This document shows, one piece after another, positions 36,680 to 47,544 of a DNA stretch of 64,000 nt. The stretch comes from Rhynchobatus australiae. Its lineage: Eukaryota. The DNA is taken from positions 53,462,186-53,526,185 of the forward strand of contig JAUZTB010000087.1 of NCBI GenBank assembly GCA_034780895.1, given 5' to 3'. Under the pieces are notes generated by a model. It was not told the origin of the DNA and did no database searches. It saw only the letters and a list, made by a program, of their open reading frames with translations. How positions within the stretch are numbered: the first letter of the stretch is position 1; each line of letters opens with the position of its first letter. A program made the position numbers and the translations under genes.

Positions 36680-36920
36680 GCAGCAAAAAAACAAGCTGCT
36701 GGAGGAACTCAGCAGGTCAGGCAGCATCTGTGGAAGGAAATGGAGAGTTGATGTTTTGGGCCGAGACCCTTCATCTGGTCCCCCCTCCCCCTCACCTCTT
36801 TATTCAGGCTTTTTCCCCTCTACTTTTTCAGTCCAGATTAAGGGTTTTGACCTGAAACTTGACCCACTGAGTTCCTCCAGCAGTTTGTATTTTGCTCCAG
36901 ATTTCAGCATCTGCACTCTC
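36680..36920. mobile_element. Penelope-like fold-back element with hammerhead-like motifs on both arms
   Basis: 'gctgctggaggaactcag' pairs with 'ctgagttcctccagcag'; minus-strand CAGATGAAGGGTCTCGGCCCAAAACATC and plus-strand CAGATTAAGGGTTTTGACCTGAAACTT. Confidence 0.8.
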
Positions 36921-37079
36921 ATGTGGCTCCATGCTGGCTGGAATATTTGATGAATCTGGTTTAGTGGCTAGTTATGCAAAGTCAGTTCATTACGAGGTTT
37001 ACATCAAAATGAACCTCAGTGAAAACTGATGTCAAACAAGGCTACATTAATGCCACAACAGTTTTCACAATCTTTCTTG

Positions 37080-37400
37080 ACACAATATTGCACCTCATAA
37101 ACTTCCCACTGGAGTGAAATCAATCTTCCAAACCAATATTCAACGTATAATGACTACATTCTGAATCATGGTCACCCAAACCTTTCGATGGTCAAGTTGC
37201 AGTATACAGATGAAGCTTGTGGATATGCACTCTTGGAGGCTGAACTCCCAACACATTGTCAACTTGTTTACAGAAATATACAAGAGGACGAGCCTTACAC
37301 TGAACACCTGCTAGACCATCGTCCTCCACCTACAACACAGTGCCCTCTGACAATAAAGTTTCACAGCAAGACGCTGAAAAAACTTATCTTGGCCATGGCG
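37080..37400 (+). mobile_element. RTE-clade LINE reverse transcriptase fragment
   Basis: VKLQYTDEAC..ALLEAEL (approximately ELQYADDAC..AHSEAEL), then a frameshifted VNLFTEIYKRTSLTLNT. Confidence 0.65.
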
Positions 37401-37424
37401 CCAGGTATCGATGATGAAATTCAC

Positions 37425-37580
37425 CATCTTTAAAAAGTATCGAGACCAGTACTTGAAATGCTAAGATAAAGAAATCTACACACCATGTGCTGGTAAGTGG
37501 GATTAGGATCGACGGGTGCTTGATGGTCAGCATGAATATGGTGGGCTGAAGGGCCTTTTTCTGTGCTGTATGACTACATG
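37425..37580 (+). mobile_element. CR1 3' tail
   Basis: 'gtgctggtaagtgggattag...ggtgggctgaagggcctttttctgtgctgtatgactacatg'. Confidence 0.8.
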
Positions 37581-37919
37581 GCCACGTGACCACTGCCTTC
37601 GACAGTTAATTAAGGAATTGAATATTTGAAGATCATGAGCTTCAACTTGAGCTTCAAAGCCAACTCCAGTCCTGTATTTGTTGGGCACCCAATGAGCCAA
37701 TGAATGAAGAGTTTTCCACTCCCAAGGCCACTGATAAAGGTTTCATGCTTCCGCTGCTGCTCCAACTGATTTGGAACACACCGGACCTCACACTGGTCCT
37801 TCTCTGGTATTGACTGCTCAGCGGCATATGGGAATGGAAACCATGAATTCTCCTCTGACTCACCTCCAACAAGCCTGCAACAACCTCAGACCAAAGAGAG
37901 AGATCTGTCCCAAGCATTA

Positions 37920-38050
37920 TCTTGTCCGCTTTCATTCCATGCTCACTTGTTTGGATTAAATTCCATCTGCAGTGCTCTACCCAATGTTCGATTGGATCTA
38001 TATCTTGCCTCAGCCTTAGACAACCTTCTATCACAAAATTGCCAACTTTG
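37920..38050 (-). mobile_element. CR1 RT fragment
   Basis: Minus ORF contains EGCLRLRQDIDPIEHWVEHC.WNL, approximating the CR1 motif 'EGCL.LQQDID.L..W...WQM.FN' (compare 12280-12470). Confidence 0.6.
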
Positions 38051-38199
38051 AAACAAGCTAGATTTTTTATGTCAATTCTTTGTTTCTCCATTACTGATAT
38101 GTTGCTTACTTGAGGCCAGTCAACCCACCAGCTCTGATTGACCGCACCACCCCAGCCCCTCCCTAGGCACCCCCATCACTGCTCCACACAATCCCACTT

Positions 38200-38648
38200 C
38201 CTAACACTACTACAGCGCCAGCGGCCCAGGTTCAATTCCTGCCACTGTCTGTAAGGAGTTTGTACACTTTCCCTGTGTCTGNNNNNNNNNNNNNNNNNNN
38301 NNNNNNNNNNNNNNNNNNNNNNNNNNNNNNNNNNNNNNNNNNNNNNNNNNNNNNNNNNNNNNNNNNNNNNNNNNNNNNNNNTACAGCGCCAGCGGCCCAG
38401 GTTCAATTCCTGCCACTGTCTGTAAGGAGTTTGTACACTTTCCCTGTGTCTGCATGGGTTTCCTCCAGGTGCTCTGGTTTCTTCCCACATTCCAAAGACG
38501 TAAAGGTTAGGAAGTTGTGGGCATGCCACGTTGGCGCCGGATGCGTGGCGACACTTGCGGGCTGCCTCCAGAACACTCTATGCAAAAGATGCATTTCACT
38601 GTGTGTTTCAATGTACATGTGACTAATAAAGATATTTATCTTATCTTA
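38200..38648 (+). mobile_element. Young V-SINE with a Rex1-type 3' tail
   Basis: Head 'tacagcgccagcggcccaggttcaattcc', V-core 'aaggagtttgtacac...gggtttcctccaggtgctctggtttcttcccacattccaaagacg' and tail 'atgcaaaa..tttcactg..gtacatgtgactaataaa..(atctt)n'; CpG-rich. Confidence 0.8.
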
Positions 38649-38851
38649 CATCACAATACCCTTGCACCTGAACTCTGCCCAGAATGGCCACGGCCAAGTC
38701 ACACAGGGTCACCCAGCAGTGCAGCTAGTTTCAGGAAGGTGAGCATTGGGTAATGCACTGGAATGGGCCAATTAAATGGCTCCCCCAAGATGCAGGCTGC
38801 AATGCAGAAGTTGCAGTAACATAACTACACGGGTGAAGCACCAGAGGGCTG

Positions 38852-39100
38852 CTCATGGATCTGTCCCCAAGGTTATGTACCCATGGTTGTGCAGCCAGTC
38901 AAAAACCCCCATGGTTGTAAACCCCATGGATCTGTCCCCATGGTTGTGTATCCCATGGTTGTATACACCATGCAGAGTCCCCATGATTGTACACCTCGTG
39001 TTTGTTACCTTGTGGTTGTGTTCTCATGGATGCTTCTCCATTATTGCGTACCCCATACAAAGTCCCCATGGTTGTGTACCCCATGGATCTGTCCCCAGAG
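38852..39100 (+). repeat. ~14-16-bp minisatellite (CCCATGGTTGTGTAC / CCCATGGATCTGTC)
   Basis: About 15 degenerate units with a CCATGG core. Confidence 0.85.
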
Positions 39101-39764
39101 TTACGTATCTCAACAAGAGTTTAATTCAATTCCTAAAAATAAAAACTGGTGGCACTGAAATACTGAGGCACATGCCTTGTCTCAGTTACTAGCTTTCTCA
39201 GGCATGTTTGGCTAAAAGTCATTCTAATGCAATACATCAATTATTAAGGTGTCTGTTGCACATATTATTGAGGGCTGGCATCTTTTTAAGTGTTAAACCT
39301 CAGTAAATAGCTGAAACTCATGGTGACATTTAATGAATCTGACCTTTTTCTGGTGATTTCAATAACCCAAAGAAAAAATAATGCTTGGAAGCAATTTAGT
39401 AAAGCACCTATTGGCTCAGCTCCCACTGTTTTAAGGGCCTGTGATATGACAGAAATTGGTGGTCCTTTTTTCTCTCTCGCTTCCATCTCTATCCATCTTT
39501 TTTGGCTTGCATCCTATTGTTGTAATGACAGGTCCCTTTATAAGTAAATGAAGCTTGTTTTNNNNNNNNNNNNNNNNNCAACTGCTTTTTGCAGTCAGAG
39601 TCACTGCTCTCATCAAAGGCCAGCAGGGATCCTCCAGCCCGCCGCTGGGCACTTGTGGGGCCCCCCTCACAAACCTGTCTAATCCACGCAAATCAGATTA
39701 GGCTAATTTTCCTGGCACTAGAGACAGTTAGCCACAGCTCATCAAGATGGTAACAGAATGATAT

Positions 39765-40095
39765 ATGCACAACACACAGACAAATGTGTACACACACACA
39801 CACACACACATACACACACACACGTGCACATGCACACAGACACACAGATGAATTTGCACACAGTCACACACAGACACATACATAGGTGCATGTGCACACA
39901 CAGATGAATGTGCACACACATACAAACACACACAAATACACAGATAAACATGCGCACATATATATATATATACACACACACACTGATGAGCACACACACA
40001 CAAACACATGTGTGCACATGCACACAGACACACAGACGAATGTGCACACAGTCACACAAACAAACACACACACCAACAACAGAATAACACACATC
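39765..40095 (+). repeat. CA-rich compound microsatellite with an internal duplication
   Basis: (CA)n and (TA)n tracts; 'gtgcacatgcacacagacacacaga.gaat.tgcacacagtcacaca' occurs twice. Confidence 0.9.
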
Positions 40096-40099
40096 ATTC

Positions 40100-40232
40100 T
40101 GGAGACAAAAGAGACTGCAGATGCTGGAATATGGAGCAACACAAAATGCTAAAGGAACTCGGTGGGTCAGGTAGCATCTGTGGAGGGAAATGGACAGTCA
40201 ACGTTTTGGGTCAAAACCCTTCATCGGGACTA
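40100..40232 (-). mobile_element. Penelope-like terminal repeat, single arm
   Basis: Minus strand reads CCGATGAAGGGTTTTGACCCAAAACGTTGAC...tttccctccacagatgct...gagttcctttagca...ttccagcatctgcagtctc. Confidence 0.8.
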
Positions 40233-41044
40233 TTTGGACTACAGCTTCTGCAGCTCAAATCCATCCACCAGTTGGTTCCATATGAAGCAATACTCTTGCC
40301 TTGTAAATATCAGTCAGTGTAAATTATGAAAGTTTCAATTCGCCAATCCTCAACACATTTTTGGAAGGGGAGTTTCCCTACCATCTCTAAAGAGGTTCTT
40401 CCTGGTATCAAGCAAGAATGGTTCAGCCCCAACACAACTGAAGTTACCGTTAAATCCAATGGAGAAGTTGGAAGGTGGTAAATGTGAATTAGTTCTCACA
40501 GTAATGAGTTAAGGTGAATATTGTGGAAGCATTTACCTGAAATCTGGATAAGTTCATGAAAGTGAATTAGTCAAGACCAGTGAGAGGTGCGTCAATGACC
40601 AGCTTTATACAGCAGATGTGATGTGGTGCAACTTTAAAGATGTGTCCCTCTTTCCTGGAGCCCCCATAAGAGGAAGTAGCTTCCCATCTACTCAATCAGC
40701 TCCATTAATCATCTCAATTCTGCATATTAGGATTCCACCCTCCAGGAATTAAAGATTAATCTTCAAAATACTGCTGCAGGCAATCTCTGAGAAAGATTAT
40801 TGCAGCATTAAAGATTTGGTTTGCTCATTTTTGTTTATAAATTATAAAAATATTGGCGATAAGAGGAAAGGACCTGTTTGACTGGGTGGAGCAGGGTAGT
40901 CGGAGATCATGTGACAAAAAAATCCATGTGCATGTACAATCAGACTTGGTGATCTCAATTGTGCTCTATTCTAATACAAACAAGGTCTCAAGACCCTCCT
41001 CTTTGAGTCCTGAAGGTAATAACTCACAGTCAATGAGTATGAAG

Positions 41045-41240
41045 TGGAACATGTTGGAAATGTTCAGCAGGTCAGGCAGCACCTGCAGAGAGGTACAGAG
41101 TTAGCATTCAGGCTGATGAATGAGGATGGAAGATCATTGGTCTGATGTTTCAGCTCACTCTCCACTGATGCCACTAGACTTCTGGATATTTCCAGCACTT
41201 TTGCTTTTATTTCAGGTTTGCAATGTCCATAGTTTTCTCC
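41045..41240. mobile_element. Penelope-like fold-back element
   Basis: 'ttggaaatgttcagcaggtcaggcagcacctgcagagag' pairs with 'ctctccactgatgcc...ctggatatttccagca'. Confidence 0.65.
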
Positions 41241-41544
41241 CTAAATCTCAAACGACTATTTGTACAGCGTCGCACTCAAGTACGTTCCTCCTCAGAGTAG
41301 CCATGTAAACAATCCAGAAAGGGACAGTCGGTGAGGAAGACTATGACGAAGATGACTGATTTTGTGGGTCCAAAGCTGCAAAGGCTAACAGCAGTCTATC
41401 ACAGCCACCCTGCAGAGGATCAGCCACTTTAGCAGACCCTCGAGCTTCAAACTGGTATCTTCCTATTTCATAAACTTGGCTCTGTGCTACATGGTACACA
41501 CTGAGCAATCAGGCACCTAATGGGTCCATTTTTTTTTAAATACA

Positions 41545-41900
41545 TATATCCTGATTTGCTCCTGTGAAGGCGGTGGTGAGCTGCCTTCTTGAACGGCTGA
41601 TCAAGTGGTTTATTACAATATTTAAGAAGGCAGCTAAGAGTCAACCACATTGCTATTGGTCTGGAGTCATGTGTAGGATAGACTAGGTCAGGATGGCATA
41701 TTTCTTCTTCTACAGGACATTAGTGAACCAGATAGGTCTTTAAAACAATCAACAATGGTCATCATTAGACTTTTTCATTCCAGATTTCAGATTCGAATTT
41801 ATCACCATCTGCTGTGGTAGGATTTGAACCCAGGTCCCCGAGACATTGCCTTAGGTATCTAGATTATTAATCTGGTGATAATACTGCTGCACCATTACAG
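41545..41900 (-). mobile_element. SlmI/MetaSINE-like SINE, near full length, with a family B LINE tail
   Basis: Minus strand reads '..gacctgggttcaaatcctaccacagcagatggtga...ctggttcactaatgtcctgtagaagaagaaatatgccatcctgacctagtcta...atgactccagaccaatagcaatgtggttgactcttagctgcc...gttcaagaaggcagctcaccaccgcc'. Confidence 0.72.
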
Positions 41901-41989
41901 CGCAAAAGGACTCATACATGCGTTTCAGACTGACTACTTTCAACAGTCAAACACTAACCTTTGACTTCCGCGCCCCCCCCCTAAACTTC

Positions 41990-42608
41990 TGGCCTGGGAG
42001 GCTAAAGAAATTCAGCATGTCCCCTTTGACCCTCACTAATTATTATAGATGCACCACAGAAAGCATCCAATCCAGATGCATCACGGCTTGGTATGGCAAC
42101 TGTTCTGCCTGAGACCACAAGAAATTGCAGAGAATTGTGGACACAGCTCAGCTCATCATGAAGACCAGCCTCCCCTCCACGAACTCCATCTACACTTCTT
42201 GCTGCCTCAGTAAATCAGCCAATATAATCAAAGACCCCACCCACCCTGGACATCCTCTCTTCTGCCCCCTCCCATCAGGCAGAAGATACAAAAACTTGAA
42301 AGCACATACCACCAGGCTCAAGGACAGCTTCTATCCTGCTGCTATAAGACTATTGAATGGTTCCCTAGTACAATAAGATGGACTCTTAACCTCACTACCT
42401 ACCTTGTCATGGCCCTTGCACCTTATTGTCTGCCTGCACTGCACTTTCTCTGTAACTGTAACACTTTATTTTGCATTCTGTTATTGCTTTTCCCATGTAC
42501 TACCTCAATGCACAGGTATAATGAAATAATCTCTATAGATGACATGCAAAATACAGTTTTTCACTGCATCTTGGTACATATGACAATAATAAACCAATTT
42601 ACCAATTT
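41990..42608 (+). mobile_element. Rex1/Babar-clade LINE 3' end
   Basis: RLKKFSMSPLTLTNYYRCTTESIQSRCITAWYGNCSA*..LQRIVDTAQLIMKTSLPS..IIKDPTHPGHPLFCPLPSGRRYKNLKAHTTRLKDSFYPAAIRLLN, followed by the 3' UTR. Confidence 0.92.
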
Positions 42609-43242
42609 AGCAATTCTCTCCCTCAATTTAAGGCATCCATTATCCTGCCTTTCTCATCAAAATTTTGGTCCCAAATCCTAATATCTCCCGATGTAGTGCA
42701 GGCACTTTGCCTGATGACCTGTGAACTGCTTTGGACATTACACTGCATTAAAGGTGCAACATAAACACAAGTTATTCTGTGAAGCCTTCATGCATTTCAT
42801 GCAGTACAAACCAGCTTTATTTTGACTTGACTTATCTCTTGCTGCCAATCTCATTTCGACTTTCCCTAAATGGCACCAGCCCCTCAAGCTGCCGATCTGC
42901 AAAAACTCCCACATTACCATCAATATTGGGACACATCCAGCATAACCGGCAACATTCAGCACTTAACTATAAAGAGATGCTAATAGCTCTGTGAAGCACA
43001 ACTGAGATATCGTGGAAACAAGCAACAACACAACAGCCAAGAGTCCCCCAGTCTTAGTTTCAGCTGCTTTTAACACCGCAGTGACAGGCCGGTAGCTGAA
43101 CTCACTTCCTCACACAAACTGACTGCAATCTAAATATTACAAACAGCCAGGATTCAGTAATACACCAGGGTAGCCCGATCTCCAGTAACTCAAAGATGGG
43201 CTTCCCAAAATTTTGAAATAGAGGAAAATTTGCAACTGCCCT

Positions 43243-43345
43243 TCAAGATGTTGACCTGTCTGATACTATCTGTGGAGAGAGAAGCAAAGTGTCACTACAG
43301 ATGCTGCCTGACCTGTTGGGTATTTCCAGCTTTCCCTGGCTTTAT
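43243..43345. mobile_element. Short Penelope-like fold-back remnant
   Basis: 'atctgtggagagagaagc' is directly followed by 'ctacagatgctgcctgacctgttgggtatttccagc'. Confidence 0.55.
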
Positions 43346-44169
43346 TCCACCCCTTCCTTTACAGTCTGCTGACAGACATGAAAGTAAACTGCCACAGGCC
43401 AGCACAGTGTACTGACACAATCAGTACAAATGGGTTAAAGCATTAATGTTAGCCATACGACCTCAACAAGAAGAAATTTCAGTTATTTTCACCTCCGCTG
43501 ACTGAGCTGTGCTCTGTAAACTGATAAATGCTGAGGGAAACAATTTGCTCATCAGTACTGAAGATATTCACATTCAGACGGGATTGTAGTTGCACATCTG
43601 TATTGTTTTTTTTCTTTTTTTAATGAAACTTCTCTGCCTGAACAAGTGCACAGGATTGAGTTGTTCCTGTATTGGCTCCACTCCGGGACTTGCCAGCACT
43701 GAGGATTCTGAGAACAAGATTAACAGGTGCTAGAGGCACAAGGTGCATTAAGCCAACAATTAGAGAGGAGATTCATCCAGTAGGTAATAGAGCTCATTTC
43801 ATACCATGACTTATTGCCTTCAGCAAGAGTCCTTCTTCATCCCCCTCATTAACATGACAGTTAATGGAATGGGAGATATTTTTTATTAAGACCAAGGAGT
43901 TTTGAGAATTACTTTGTAACTTTTATGCCCTGCCTTCCTCTCCCATGAGTGTTGACTTCACATGCACCAATCGTCCTCCTCTTTCTGTCCCGGAAAGGGG
44001 GAGTCAGGTGCTACTGTAATGCAGCAAAAGCAACAACTGATCTTCTCACAGAAACAAAAAAATGGCAGAATGCCAATGACTTTAGTGTTCTTTACGGGAA
44101 GATAAATGTTGACTGGGGAGACCTCCAGTGCATTTTTGACATAGGACCATGGGATTCTATTCATTCATC

Positions 44170-44451
44170 TAAAGGGATGCCCTCTTCTCGTTGCCACCAT
44201 CAGGGAGGAGGTACAGGAGCCTGAGAACCCAGACTCAATGATTCAGAAACAGCTTCTTTCCCTACACCATCAAATTTCTGAATGGTCTATGAACCCAAGA
44301 ACCTTGCTATTCTTTTTGTTTGTGGACCACTTACTTTTGTAATTTATCGTAATTTTATGTCTTTGCGCTGTACTGCTGCCACAAAATGCCAAATTTCACA
44401 TCATGTAAGCCAGTGATAATAAATCTGATTCTGATTTTGATTCTGATTCTG
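44170..44451 (+). mobile_element. Rex1/Babar LINE 3' end with an (ATTCTG)n tail
   Basis: 'ccatcagggaggaggtacaggagcctgaga...aacagcttctttcc' (PSGRRYRSL..NSFF); ends 'ataataaatctgattctgattttgattctgattctg'. Confidence 0.85.
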
Positions 44452-44454
44452 AAA

Positions 44455-44630
44455 GGGGGTACGAACAGCCTTGGTGCAATGTCTCTTCCAAAGGGCAGTC
44501 TCTGTGAGAGTACAGCGCTCCCCCAGCACTAGGCTTAAGTGTCACTCTAACTACAGCCATATTTCAGAATTAGAACTTGAACCCATCGTACAATAACCCG
44601 GAGACAAGAATACCACTCAGTGAACCAACA
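44455..44630 (-). mobile_element. Deu-domain SINE 5' part
   Basis: Reverse complement gives 'ctgttggttcactgagtggtattcttgtctcc...gggttcaagttc...gtgctgggggagcgctgtactc', parallel to 33560-33700. Confidence 0.5.
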
Positions 44631-44789
44631 GATACCTTGCTTGATTTGGTGTGAATTGATGCTACTGGTCTCGATTCATCTAAGAAGAACACAAGGATGG
44701 GTGGAGCTACATGCGACAAAGGAGCTTAATGTCTTTGGGAACAGTTGGAGGGAAGATGAGAAGAAGAATAATGCAATAATGAAGTCATA

Positions 44790-45240
44790 ATTACTCACTG
44801 TGTCAAGCGGAAGAAAGTTTGAAGGAAAACAAAATGGCACGAAAGCTTTTTATAATGTTCCCTACTGACGAGTGATTAAAATACATCACAAGTGCTTCAC
44901 TACTGATGTGAATTATTTTACCAATTAATGAACATTTTCCTCCTCATTATCACTAAATTAAAACACACCACCCATCCTGAATTGCGGAGATTTGCTGATG
45001 TGCTATATTCTGACATTTCTCCAACAGCGGCCACTCTTCTCACACCGCCCCCACCCCTGCAAGCTAGACTTTCACAATTAGCAAATTTGCAGAATAATTA
45101 CAGAAAAAAGAAAATAAAATCATATTTTAATGGAATTATGTTTTGAGCTCCTCCCTGGCAGTGGCTAAGGTGAATGTGGCTCTCCCAGGCAAACATTCAC
45201 TGTCATCCGAGAGCATTAATCATGTAAAGCAGTGATCATA
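44790..45240. promoter_or_regulatory. Candidate conserved non-coding element
   Basis: Repeat-free AT-rich block with CAATTAAT, CAATTAGC, ATAATTAC and GCATTAATCA sites. Confidence 0.28.
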
Positions 45241-46250
45241 CTAGGACTGAGTCCCAGACACTCTCTCCTCTCGTGGTCAGAAACAGCCTGCAGTAAAGTG
45301 AAGTCCGCACTTCAAAAAACAATACCAAGCCACAGATGCAAAACGCTTACTGTGGAGAATGAGACTCTGATTTCACTTTCTCTGCCCTTCCTTCTGACAA
45401 CCAAACAACCCCCTTCCTTTCCCATGTCAGCCCAGCTACCTCACACTGTCACCCTCTCTACTCTCTGCCCAGGCTCCAATTGTGTCAAAAGAAAATCTTT
45501 CCAGCAGCTGGTCTTAGTTGCACTGAGATTTCAGCAAGCAACTTGAAGTGGTAGAAAGGTACTTTCCCACCTATCTACATTATGTCAAATATCTCTAAAT
45601 GTATTGACATTGTGTTTTATTAGTTCAAAGCTGCATGAATAATGAAACAACCCTTTTGCTCTTTGTATTATACGTTCTCTGTGTTGGTTTCTCTCTGGGT
45701 TCAAAGGGGACATTATAAGTAGTACAGAGAGAGAGTCTTCTTGTACCAATTATACTAGCCCAAGGGCAGTATGCTAATGAGGAAATAAATCTACAAAACA
45801 CTAAAATCACTGTCATCACCGGGCTTTAATATGGTCATTTGTACTATAATGGAGTTTAAACACCCTAACTCACAGTAAATGGGGCAAATAAAATTCATAT
45901 TGGTCTCTTTTTTTGGAAGCAGGAAAGCTTGACAGTTGAGAGGTGTGGAAAATGAGACAAGGCGGCAACTCACACGCCAAGAGTTCTTACAGTTCAGCTT
46001 TAATGATTGCTGAGTAGGACAGACAACTCCCGCTGGTCCTCAAGAATGTTAGACTGCTTCCCTGCCAAAACTTTCACATCTTCCTTGTCAGGTGGGATGT
46101 GCAGTGGGATCCTCTTAAATAAAATGACATCAGGCCTTTGCTTAACCAAAACAGAAAGAGATAATGAATTCAACTTAAAGAGTTGTCTTTTCATTTTATG
46201 ATCAGTCTGGCGTCTGCCAGACAGACAAGGACATCCTCCTGCAGACGTTA

Positions 46251-47017
46251 CAGGTCCTCCCTAGGTTACAGCAGGGTTCTGTTCCTGTGATGCAGCTTTA
46301 TGAAACTCTGGTTAGGCCACATCTGGAGTATTACATTCAATTCAGGTCACCCCATTATAGGAAGGATGTGGGGGCTATGGAGAGGTTGTAGAAGAGGCTT
46401 ACCAGGATGCTGCCCAGATTTGAGGGGATGTGCTATAAGGAGAGGTTGGACAAATTAGGGTTGTTTTCTCTGGCGTGGCAGAGGCTGAGAGGTGAGCTGA
46501 TATGAATTTATAAAATTATGAGAGGCGTAGATAGAGAACCAGTATCTTTATCCCAGGGTTGGAAAGTCTAATACTAAACGGCATGAATTTAAGGCGAGAG
46601 GGAGAAAGTTCAAAAGAGATATGCAGAGCATGTTTTTTTACACAGAGTGGTGGGTGCCTGGAATGTGCTGCCAGGGGTGGTGGTGGAGGAAAATCGATAG
46701 AGACATTTAAGAGGCTCTTAGATAGGCACATGAAAATTCAGAGAATGAAGGGATATGGACCATGTGCAGGCAGAAGGAATTAGTTTAATTAGATGTTATT
46801 AGCTTAATAAATCTGACGCAACATCTTGGGCCGAAGGGCCTGTTCCTGTGCTGTATTGTTCTATGTTCTATGTTCTAACTATTCATAACCCGGACAATTT
46901 GCAAGCCAGAAATGCAGCTCCGCAGCAGTGCACAAATCCATCCCACCGGTCTTCCAAATGCTGGCTCATATGTACAGGCTGTACGCCAGTCAGGCTCTCA
47001 TAATCTGGGAGGACTTG
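46251..47017. mobile_element. Tc1/mariner (Tigger/pogo-like) MITE split by a CR1 insertion
   Basis: TA|CAGGTCCTCCCTAGGTTAC at the left and ATAATCTGGGAGGACTTG|TA at the right form imperfect terminal inverted repeats with a TA duplication; about 180 bp remain once the CR1 is removed. Confidence 0.65.
46288..46877 (+). mobile_element. CR1 LINE 3' end
   Basis: 'tgcagctttatgaaactctggttaggccacatctggagtatt' (QLYETLVRPHLEY); tail 'gggccgaagggcctgttcctgtgctgtattgttctatgttctatgttct'. Confidence 0.92.
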
Positions 47018-47069
47018 TACTAGTGTTCCTGGTCTACCTACCCATGCCTCTTCTATACCACTGGTGTCT

Positions 47070-47512
47070 GCTGTGGCTCATTTGGTAGCATGATCACCCC
47101 TGAATCAGGAGGGTCTGTACACAGGCCTCTTTCAAGCACACTGTTCAGACTGGTACTGTGGTGGCAGACATGCTGAGTTGTCAGGAACACTTTCCATCAG
47201 ACATGGTGTTAAACAAGTGCCTTGTCCTACCAACTCAGAAATGAATAAAAATCCCACATCACACTTTTGAGGGGAAGTGGGGTAGTTATGATATTCAGAT
47301 TGCAAATACTTAACCTTCAACCAGCACCACTAGAAACAGACTACTCAATCATAATGGCAGTACTGCTTGTGGGATTTTGCTGTGCACCAATTGGCAGTTG
47401 TGCTTCCTTCTTGCTACAGTGATTACATTTTTAAGAGTTCTTTATTGGCCTGAAAGTACATTGTTGAAAGGGATGCAAATGTTGCCATATAAATGCAAGT
47501 CGTTCTTTCTTT
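47070..47512 (+). mobile_element. Deu-domain SINE, near full length
   Basis: Head 'gctgtggctcatttggtagcatgatcacccctgaatcagga', core 'accagcaccactagaaacagact...tgcttgtgggattttgctgtgcaccaattggc', end 'atataaatgcaagtcgttctttcttt'. Confidence 0.7.
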
Positions 47513-47544
47513 ACCCCTCCTTCTCCAAGACATCTGATTTATCT

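Noticed and set aside
38209-38452. Exact ~70-bp direct repeat flanking a 100-N gap
   Set aside because: Identical sequence on both sides of a fixed-size gap indicates unmerged overlapping contig ends. The same pattern occurs at 12305-12435 and 48423-48545.
38776-39192. 138-aa ORF with repeated PWL/PHG motifs
   Set aside because: It is a translation of the CCATGG minisatellite, with no convincing splice or codon signal.
39728-40152. Cys/Val- and His/Thr-rich ORFs (also 10520-10956)
   Set aside because: Read-through of (CA)n/(TG)n microsatellites.
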